Below are positions 56,474 through 64,000 of a stretch of 64,000 bases of DNA, in pieces; the first letter of the stretch is position 1; the number at the start of each line of letters is the position of its first letter. Source of the DNA: a virus; IMG/VR virus record IMGVR_UViG_3300045902_000666, positions 1 to 64,000 of that record. One strand, written 5' to 3'. Position numbers and translations under genes: made by a program. The notes under the pieces were generated by a model, which made no database searches, was not told the DNA's origin, and was given only the letters and a program-made list of their open reading frames with translations.

Positions 56474-57786
56474 GTGAACTACCCACCCACGCCAGAGGCG
56501 ATGGGTTGGGCTTCAAGGGTCAACGCTCCTACCAACGTAGGCAACTTACCTTGATTTTTCCTATCCGTTCCAGATAAGATATTTTTTAATGCAAATGATT
56601 TAATGTTTATGGCAGCATTTACATCTCTTGAAACTAAACCCCCACACTTAGGGCAAGTCCATTCCCTATCGGATAGGGTTAGGTCCTTGTTTATATACCC
56701 GCAATTTGCGTGTAGCTTAGATGATGGTTCAAATCTACCAATTTTCAGAATGTTTTTTCCGTACCATTCTGCCTTGTATTCCAACATTGTTACGAAGGTT
56801 GACCAACTCGCATCACTTATTGATTGCGCAAGTTTGTGGTTCTTTACCATATTGGAAACCGCTAAATCTTCAATCGCTAAACTATCGTGGTTCTTGATTA
56901 GTTCACTTGAAGTTTTATGTAGAAAGTCTTTTCTTTGATTAGCTACTTTTTCGTGGATTACGGCTAATTTTTGCTTTGTTCTTTTACCTTTATGTTTTGA
57001 GTATTTGCGTTGTACATACTTTAATTTAGATTGTGCTTTACAAAGGTGTTTTGGATTTTCAAACTCTTTTCCGTCAGATGCGACAAGATATGTTTTAATT
57101 CCTAAATCAATTCCAATTGTTGTATTTTCTCTAACCCTTGCTTTTGGTTTTGCATCTTCTCCTGTATCACATAGTATTGAAACAAAATATTTTCCTGTCG
57201 GTGTTCTGCTTATTGTCGCTTGCCTAATCGCACCTTTAATTGGTCTGTGTACAACAATATCAATTCCTTTCCTGAACTTTGGGATAACCAACTTGCCGTT
57301 TTTTAATGAAACATTTTGTGGAATATTGAAACTACCACCGCTTGATTTCTTTTTAAATTTTGGAAACTTGTTTTGCCCTTTAAAAAATGCAGTGTATGAT
57401 TTGTCTAAGTTAGTTATTGATTGTTGCAAAGATTGACTGTTAATTTCTTTAAGCCATTCGCATTCTGTTTTAAGGTCTTTTAACTGGCTGTGCAAAGCAA
57501 AACAACTTAAATTAATCTTGTAACCTGCCCAAGCCATTTGCTTAACTTCTAAAGCGAGATTATACACAAAACGACTTGCTCCGATATGCTTATTAAGCAA
57601 GACGGTTTGTTCTTTTGTAGGGGTTAATCTATATTTAAAAGCTTTTAACATCAATTATAAATATGTGCAAATATATAAAAGTTTAAAGAAACCGCAAAAT
57701 TTATTTAAAACGATTATTAACTTTGTATTAGGTCGCTTTCATCCCACCCACAGCAAAGCTGATGAGTGGGCTTTCGCTCCCTCTAT
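56474..57786 (-). mobile_element. IS200/IS605-family (IS1341-like, tnpB-only) element
   Basis: Subterminal hairpins at both ends; inserted after TTAC; right end TCAC. Confidence 0.85.
56479..57654 (-). CDS. tnpB: TnpB RNA-guided nuclease
   Basis: KAFKYRL HTH, GIDLG, IEDL, Zn finger, RDVNAAIN. Confidence 0.95.
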   Translation of the reverse strand: MMLKAFKYRLTPTKEQTVLLNKHIGASRFVYNLALEVKQMAWAGYKINLSCFALHSQLKDLKTECEWLKEINSQSLQQSITNLDKSYTAFFKGQNKFPKFKKKSSGGSFNIPQNVSLKNGKLVIPKFRKGIDIVVHRPIKGAIRQATISRTPTGKYFVSILCDTGEDAKPKARVRENTTIGIDLGIKTYLVASDGKEFENPKHLCKAQSKLKYVQRKYSKHKGKRTKQKLAVIHEKVANQRKDFLHKTSSELIKNHDSLAIEDLAVSNMVKNHKLAQSISDASWSTFVTMLEYKAEWYGKNILKIGRFEPSSKLHANCGYINKDLTLSDREWTCPKCGGLVSRDVNAAINIKSFALKNILSGTDRKNQGKLPTLVGALTLEAQPIASGVGG

Positions 57787-58020
57787 GTAAATTTGTTTTG
57801 ATGGCTTGATTACTATAATCTAAGCCTGTTTTTTTTGAAGTTTCCATGTTTAATTTTTTTTATGATTAATATTTTATATGCTTTTTTCCATATAAACACC
57901 ATTTATATGGATTTTTTAATATAAGGTCTAGACCTTATAATAACCTTTAAGGTTATAGCCTGATAATAAAACAGGGCTTCTAATTTTTATCTATTTATTT
58001 TTCATAACATTTATTTTTTG

Positions 58021-58091
58021 TGCGAGTAATGGGATTCGAACCCATGAACAAGCTTTTAGAGAGCTTCACTTTACCACTAAATTATACTCGC
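58021..58091 (-). tRNA. amber suppressor tRNA (CTA anticodon)
   Basis: AAGCT-CTCTAAA-AGCTT arm; perfect acceptor and T stems. Confidence 0.85.
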
Positions 58092-58096
58092 ATTTG

Positions 58097-58170
58097 AGCA
58101 GGAGGATGGATTCGAACCACCGTACTTTGGGATTGCGGCCCAACGCTTGAACACGCTCAGCTACTCCTGC
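58097..58170 (-). tRNA. tRNA-Cys(GCA), C at position 33
   Basis: TTGGG-CCGCAAT-CCCAA arm, U73. Confidence 0.75.
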
Positions 58171-58228
58171 ATGGTGGGAGTTGAAGATTCTCACTTCAAG
58201 GTCCTACTTCAGACCACTCCCTAATTTT

Positions 58229-58489
58229 TTATTCTATCAAAGCAATTATCATTTTATCTTGTTCAACAATTTTCAATTTACCTCTAAACATTAAAGAACC
58301 TTTTGTATGCTCATTGCCCGGAGTTTCTTTTGTAGAAAAGCCAACAGTAGAATCTAAATGATTAACATAAAAACTTTGACCTTTATGTTTCACAACCCAA
58401 GGAGCTATTGTAGTATCTTCATTATGTTTCTTGTTATAATGAAATACTATCCTTTGGACAATATTATCTTGAAAGATAACCTTATTCAT
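58229..58489 (-). CDS. hypothetical protein
   Basis: 86-aa ORF overlapping the upstream stop. Confidence 0.6.
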   Translation of the reverse strand: MNKVIFQDNIVQRIVFHYNKKHNEDTTIAPWVVKHKGQSFYVNHLDSTVGFSTKETPGNEHTKGSLMFRGKLKIVEQDKMIIALIE

Positions 58490-58874
58490 TGGTCACCTCC
58501 TTTTCTTTTTTATGAAACTTAGTGTATTCTTTTAAAGCCAATGGTAAATTAGAAACAAGTTTATATGTTTCCTCGTGTGGCTCTAAAATTATAGATGTGA
58601 TTTGATTATCTATATCAGGCTCTGTAAATGCAGAATGCTTAATACCTTTTTCAGAAGCTTTTAATAAAAGTTCCTTTAAAGCATTTTCATCTTTAACAGA
58701 TAATAAAATAAGATAATTTGAATTGTGATACCACTGATAAAAAGCCTCAGGATGCTCATAAGAAAATTGCGGTATCGAGTGTGCAGATTGCACTGCCTGA
58801 TAACCAGGCGTAATATCCCTTCTGGTTACGATAACCAATTTAGGATTTTTGTTATTTGTAGTAATCTACTTCAT
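58482..58874 (-). CDS. Pth2-like peptidyl-tRNA hydrolase with in-frame TAG at codon 3
   Basis: IVTRRD..G..AVQSAH..F.EPD...T; ATG AAG TAG ATT.. in frame. Confidence 0.7.
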
Positions 58875-59116
58875 GACTTTTTTTTTCTTTTAAATATATG
58901 AAAAATTTATTTTTTCAAAAAATTGTATGAACAAAGATAATAAAAAGTTTTTGATAAAGTCAAGTGATTTCAAAAAATTTTTTCATAAAACAACTTTGTC
59001 CACAAAAAACTAGACCTAAAAATGTGATAATCAATATGTTACAACCACTTGTTAAAAAATAAAAAATTATTGCAATCCATGTCGTATTACAATAAATTTT
59101 CCTCACATTTATAATT

Positions 59117-59458
59117 ATGGAAATGTTACTTATACTTTTGTTTTTTTGTTTTTCTACAGCCAGCATGTGCGTATTTTTACACAATTGTATGGAGCCTGAA
59201 ATGGTATTTCGTAGATATTATTTATGGCTAACTTATCATTGGATAAGAAGTTGGCGAAAGAAGGACAGATGGAAAAGGCCTTTTTTAAAAATAATTGGAA
59301 TGTGTGTATTTTGTAATTCTGTTTATATAGGACTATTTTGTTTTACTTTATTCAATATCATATTTTTAAATTTTTCAATAACCAACTTTATATTATTATG
59401 CCCTCTATTCATAGGAACACAACATATTTTAATCAAATTACTGCTTAGGTTAAAATAG
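59117..59458 (+). CDS. small membrane protein with CxxC
   Basis: TM helices; RRYYLWLTYHWI; GMCVFC. Confidence 0.65.
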   Translation: MEMLLILLFFCFSTASMCVFLHNCMEPEMVFRRYYLWLTYHWIRSWRKKDRWKRPFLKIIGMCVFCNSVYIGLFCFTLFNIIFLNFSITNFILLCPLFIGTQHILIKLLLRLK

Positions 59459-59623
59459 CATGGAACTGATTTTAAAAGCGGTCTAAGCAACATTCTTTAA
59501 AATTAAAAGGAAGAAAACTTATTGAATCTCAAAAGAAAAAAATAAGCGAAAATTCTCCTTTTAAAGGAATTAAAAGAAGTGAAGAATATAAAAGAAAAAT
59601 GTCAGAGACCTGCAAAAAAAGAT

Positions 59624-59806
59624 TCAAAAAAGACTAAGAAGCCATCTTTTCCAACGGTCTTTCTTTCTCCAATTTTTTATCCAATGATAAGTTAACCAAA
59701 GATAATATCTTCTTAGAATCATATTTGGTTTCATGCACTCTTGAATAAATAGTCCAAATCCTACTATCGCTAGGGAGAAGAGTAATAAATTTATTTGTAT
59801 TTCCAT
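59624..59806 (-). pseudogene. truncated inverted paralogue of 59117..59458
   Basis: Shares RRYYLWLTYHWIxxWRKKDRWKR. Confidence 0.6.
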
Positions 59807-60486
59807 ATAAATCCACCTGCCGTATTTCTATATCCTCTACATACCATATTTATTTTATTATTAGAAATACCAATACTTCTTTGAACCTCTTGAGCAGATG
59901 GCCATTCCTTTATAATTTTTCCATCTTTATCACATTGTAAAACTGCTATACCTCTTTTGTTAATTAGTGCTTTTCCTATTTTGTTTTTATGTTCTTCTGT
60001 AATTTTACTTCCATTCTTAACTCCAGGTTTTGATTTAAAAAACTCGGAATCTATTGTAAATTTCTTGCCTTTTACAAAAGGTATCCCTCCTGTTTTAAAT
60101 CCATGAGTATTACCTTTTAATTTAGCTGAAATTTTTAATTTTGATTCAATAGACAACTCATTATAATCTCCGCCATTAGTAGAATTAACTAATTTAAACC
60201 CCCAAGATTTATATAGAGATATATAATACGGTTCCCAGAATTTATAATCATCAACTTCATCTAAAAACTCTATTTTTGGTATGTGGTTTTTATCTAATAA
60301 TTTTTTAATCCAACAATCTTTGTGAGTTTGTTTGAATTTAGATTTTTGTATATGTTCTTTAAGCCTCTTATTTAAAGACCTAGATGTAATACCAATGTAT
60401 TTTATTTCATTAGTTTCAGGGTCTATTAAACAATAAACCTTAAACTTAAGCCGCTTTTCCATAGACAAAAATTTTTTTAGTATCAT
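59791..60486 (-). CDS. GIY-YIG homing endonuclease with NUMOD1-like tail
   Basis: VYCLIDP..YIGIT..RL.EH; TAGGFIWKY. Confidence 0.85.
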   Translation of the reverse strand: MILKKFLSMEKRLKFKVYCLIDPETNEIKYIGITSRSLNKRLKEHIQKSKFKQTHKDCWIKKLLDKNHIPKIEFLDEVDDYKFWEPYYISLYKSWGFKLVNSTNGGDYNELSIESKLKISAKLKGNTHGFKTGGIPFVKGKKFTIDSEFFKSKPGVKNGSKITEEHKNKIGKALINKRGIAVLQCDKDGKIIKEWPSAQEVQRSIGISNNKINMVCRGYRNTAGGFIWKYK

Positions 60487-60625
60487 AAGTAAATGACACT
60501 ATTTTTTTTCTTTTTCCTTTAAGTGGTTTTATTTCTTTATCACTTGGCAAAAGTGTTATCTCGCAACCACGCTTTGTTCTGCAACTATTAGAAATTCCAT
60601 TCATAATTTTTTTATCTATAAATAA

Positions 60626-60913
60626 TCATAAAATTTCTATAACCTTACCGAATACATTTTTTGTCCACCCGTTTATGTGTCCTTTATTATTTCCAATTAA
60701 ACATCCTTTATTGGCATCTTTTGCTTTTACTAAATGTGTGTAAAGATTTCCACGAACTTTACAATATACAATATCACCTACTTCAACCTTGTCCCATGTT
60801 ATAGGAACCAACCTAACAGGTTGTTTTGATTTAATCAATGGCAACATAGAGTTACCGGGTTCTTTACTTATGATTGTTTCTCCATTCATTAATTTTTCTA
60901 CTTTCCAATTCAT
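60626..60913 (-). CDS. S24/S26 peptidase-like protein
   Basis: GNSMLP..GDIV..H.V. Confidence 0.65.
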   Translation of the reverse strand: MNWKVEKLMNGETIISKEPGNSMLPLIKSKQPVRLVPITWDKVEVGDIVYCKVRGNLYTHLVKAKDANKGCLIGNNKGHINGWTKNVFGKVIEIL

Positions 60914-60993
60914 ATTTTTACTTTTAAATTATACAAAATAAAAAAGGGAGCACTGTTAACCAGGCTCCCTTTAATAATAAATAGCAGAAAAAA

Positions 60994-61287
60994 TTATCTA
61001 GCAACTTCTTTATTGTATTGCTTTAATAAAGCATTGAAATTGCTGTACTGTTCTCTGCTGATGTTTTTGTTCTTGAAGTTCTCAGAAACTCTTGCTTTTA
61101 CATCAGAAAGATAATTTCTTCCTTTGTTGTGAGTTCTTGAAGCTTCAGAAAGAGAAAGTTTTTTTCTGATAGCAGTTTGAAGAATCTTAATTCCATTCTC
61201 AATACTAGTTTGAGAAGGATTTTTCTGAGTTCTTGTTCTAGAACTTGCAGCTTTTTTTGAAGCTGGCTTTCTACTTACAGTTGCCAT
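60994..61287 (-). CDS. basic, probably DNA-binding protein
   Basis: K/R/S-rich N-terminus and HTH-like segment. Confidence 0.55.
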   Translation of the reverse strand: MATVSRKPASKKAASSRTRTQKNPSQTSIENGIKILQTAIRKKLSLSEASRTHNKGRNYLSDVKARVSENFKNKNISREQYSNFNALLKQYNKEVAR

Positions 61288-61417
61288 TGTTCTTGTTTTT
61301 TTGTTATACATTTGTTTATAAAGAATTTAGGATACAAATCTAATCAAAAAACACAATTCGTGCAAATTTTTTTAAAAAAATTTTCAATCAATTGAAAATC
61401 AACTATTTAAATACTGC

Positions 61418-61954
61418 TCAATCAATTATACCTCTTTCGTATTTGAAAAATTTAATAACATCATCCCACGTATGAAATGGGTCAATCCCGAATTGGATAT
61501 GTTTCCCAATAAATTTACCAGCACCATACTTAGTTCTGTCATCAATAAGATAATGGCCCATAGCCAAATCTTTTCTGAATGTCAAATCCATTTTCTTGTG
61601 AGCAAATTCACCAAAATGTTTTTCAATCCATATTCTTTTCTCTGTAAATGAATCAGGATTTCCCCATGATGGTGCAGAAAGAAAACGAACATCATAAAAT
61701 CTTCCAAGTTCCATTACAGCTTCTTTTGCTCCCGGAATCAATTCTAGTTCTGCATAAAATTTTGGTTGTCTGTAATGTTTATTGTCTTTGAACTCCTGTG
61801 GAGTTATACCCATTCTTTCTGCCCATATTGTAGCTGTTTTATCAAAATCTGCTACAACTCCATCCATATCAACAAACACTATTTCTTGGCCATTTGCATC
61901 AGTAAGTGCTCTTAAAAAAACACTTTTTATGTCTACATTAAGTTCTTTTAACAT
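61418..61954 (-). CDS. 5'(3')-deoxyribonucleotidase (HAD, NT5C-like)
   Basis: DMDGV, LSAP, EK..W, LIDD. Confidence 0.85.
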   Translation of the reverse strand: MLKELNVDIKSVFLRALTDANGQEIVFVDMDGVVADFDKTATIWAERMGITPQEFKDNKHYRQPKFYAELELIPGAKEAVMELGRFYDVRFLSAPSWGNPDSFTEKRIWIEKHFGEFAHKKMDLTFRKDLAMGHYLIDDRTKYGAGKFIGKHIQFGIDPFHTWDDVIKFFKYERGIID

Positions 61955-62946
61955 ACGAATTTCATTAAATAATTTTTAACCACTTCCCAGTTTGGCCACT
62001 TGTCGGTTTTAAACTTGAGAAATTTCCCTTCAAAATCTGCTTGACCATTATGGTCCCAGTTATCAACCAAAAAATCTCCTTTTACTAAAGATTTATCTGG
62101 GCACAAAATCAATCTTTCCAAATATTCCTCTCCAAGATATTTTTCAACCCACTCAGCTTTTTCAGAATATGAATGTATATTCTTTATAGACGGTCTTGTT
62201 AAAATATATATGTCATAATATACCTCAAGCTCTTTAAGCGCTTCTAAAGCCCCAGGAATAGGTTTTAAGCGGGAAAAGAAACCAAATTTAGATTGAGGGT
62301 ATGCAACATCTGGGAATTTAGCCTTATAAACTTGCCAAAGACCACTATAATCACAAATTGTATCATCCATATCTACATACAATTTCTTTCTTATGGCCAC
62401 TCCAAATCTTTTATAAATCTCTTCTACAGTAAGATTTTTATCTCCTTCTAAATCTCTTATCCTATATCCCTTTGGGTAATACGCAATGGTTTCTAGTTTC
62501 AATTTAAGTCCAGCTTTTATACCAGCTTCATCAAATCCTGTTTGACCACCAGAACGAACAACCTCAAGTTTTAATCTTAAGTTTGTATGGCTTGCAATTG
62601 CTTTGACAAGTGAATATGTAAATTCATCACATTGATTTTGTGTCATTGCGCCCTGCATAGTGTAAATACCATTACCTGCAATATTTAAAACAAAAGTTTT
62701 CTTTGAAGTTTCGTTTTCAAAATACTTGTTAATAGCAGAAACAATCTTACTTGCTTTTTCAGAAATATCACCAGAAGGTGTTACTGGTAAATAAAGTTTA
62801 TTATGTTGTAAAGCCAAACTCTTGGTTAGTTTTTCTCCGGGAGAATCAAACTTAATAGCAATTGCCATTGTTACATCTGATTCCTTTATGTTTACTTCTG
62901 TCCTATGTTTATAATCTGAACTGTCGTCTTCTCTTAAAATTAACAT
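61948..62946 (-). CDS. SLOG (YpsA/MoCo-carrier-like) domain fused to an NT5C-like nucleotidase
   Basis: RT..N..SD, LNIAGN, SGGQTGFD; then DMDDT, LT.P, EK..W. Confidence 0.75.
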   Translation of the reverse strand: MLILREDDSSDYKHRTEVNIKESDVTMAIAIKFDSPGEKLTKSLALQHNKLYLPVTPSGDISEKASKIVSAINKYFENETSKKTFVLNIAGNGIYTMQGAMTQNQCDEFTYSLVKAIASHTNLRLKLEVVRSGGQTGFDEAGIKAGLKLKLETIAYYPKGYRIRDLEGDKNLTVEEIYKRFGVAIRKKLYVDMDDTICDYSGLWQVYKAKFPDVAYPQSKFGFFSRLKPIPGALEALKELEVYYDIYILTRPSIKNIHSYSEKAEWVEKYLGEEYLERLILCPDKSLVKGDFLVDNWDHNGQADFEGKFLKFKTDKWPNWEVVKNYLMKFVC

Positions 62947-63170
62947 CTTATTCTGTTTTAAAATAATATTTCCTTCGATTCCCTTAGCTTATAAAACTCA
63001 CTTTTCCACAATCTTATACCATTTTTAGATGATTTTAATTTCTCAAATAACTCATCTGAAATAACAACCTCTTTCAAGTCGTTATCTGGTCTTTCATATT
63101 CATCAGGAACTTCATCAGGCATAGAATCCCAATATTCCTGAACATAATCTTTATAATCTTGCTTGCTTAA

Positions 63171-64000
63171 GTCAATTACCCACAGCTAAAGCAGGTGGGC
63201 TTGTAACTGACTTCTCAAATGAAAAGTCGCTACCATAGGCAGATTGACCTCTACCCAATAAACGAATGTTTAAAGCACCATTAAAATCAGCATTAGAAGA
63301 ATGAACGCAAGCCCTACATACAAATTCACTTTGACTTTTCCTATTGGCCTTTTCAATATGCCCGCATTGACTACATCTCTGCGAAGTATATTGAGGATTA
63401 ACAAGCAAAACTGGAACGCCAGCAATCTGCGCCTTGTAGGTTATGAAACTTCTCAACTGATTAAAAGCCCAAGAACTTTGTTTGGCTCTTTGATTATGCC
63501 TAACCTTTGTCCTCGTTCTTATGCCACTCAAATTCTCAATGGCAATAGCCCGATTCGTGTCTTTGGCAACCTTAACAAGTTCTTTGCTTATTTTATGGTT
63601 AGTATCTTTTTTAAATTTCGCTTCTTTACCAGAAATTTTTTTAAGTCGTCTTTTAGCAGATTTCGTTCCAACTGCCTGCAATTTGGCTCTGAGGTTAGAA
63701 TACCATTGTCGTATTTCTTCTGTTTGTTTTCCAGAATAACTTTTACCATCAGAAGTAGTTGCTATTTGTACAATACCAAAATCCACACCCAATACATCTT
63801 CAAAATCATTAACATTTTCATCAGGAATTTCACAAGTAGCAAGCAAATAAAATGTACCTTTAATGTATGCAAGGTCGCTTTCTCCTTGCTGATATTTCAA
63901 AAGTTTTTCCTGTCTTTGCCCAATCAGATAGGGAATGATTTGCCTGCCGTTTACAGTCCAAATACTTACTTCTTTTCTAATAGTTTTATATCTCAAAATA
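63171..64000 (-). mobile_element. tnpB: IS200/IS605 element with tnpB, 5' part beyond the window
   Basis: GVDFG, IENL, TSQRCSQC, NADFNG; right-end hairpin CCCAC..GTGGG ending TTGAC; interrupts an ORF. Confidence 0.9.

Larger units (their letters stand above)
56103..57847 (-). pseudogene. phage gene split by the tnpB element
   Basis: Removing 56474-57786 gives in-frame METSKK..KTNLQNAVIEIKK.. Confidence 0.75.

Noticed and set aside
1-64000. Genome-wide stop-codon reassignment
   Set aside because: Long genes are intact in code 11 and many end in TAG or TGA at sensible places; in-frame stops are confined to a few genes.
1-64000. CRISPR array
   Set aside because: No regularly spaced identical repeats; the recurring motifs are tRNA arms, boxA-like sites and Y-like stems.

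Overview
AT-rich segment of a jumbo/huge phage genome, probably infecting Bacteroidota (TAnnTTTG -7 promoter elements; most genes on the minus strand). It holds about 40 tRNA/tRNA-like genes in four clusters, about ten free-standing homing-type endonucleases, three TnpB elements plus two derivatives, and an IS1595 element carrying a 1421-aa repeat-helicase-methyltransferase. It also encodes an ~800-nt GOLLD-like RNA, an ABC/OmpA/PspA-like module, and translation or stress factors (RNA ligase, release factor, ArgRS, Pth2-like, HD and MazG-like hydrolases). The main observation is what looks like a translation-surveillance regulon. Three tRNA operons each start with a homologous promoter block, a short unannotated leader ORF and a terminator/antiterminator pair. 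Each leader is built almost entirely from the amino acids whose tRNAs lie downstream (T/K/H/I/N; A/P/M/G/D/Y/S; R/W/S), which suggests ribosome-stalling attenuators that switch on replacement tRNAs when those tRNAs run short. In addition, the release factor gene has two in-frame UGA codons, the Pth2-like gene has an in-frame UAG upstream of an amber-suppressor tRNA, and three basic proteins sit behind uORF/hairpin switches. Six Y-RNA-like RNAs occur in two circular permutations, and an HDV-like ribozyme abuts tRNA-Ile(UAU). All calls are by eye; no searches or folding programs were run.
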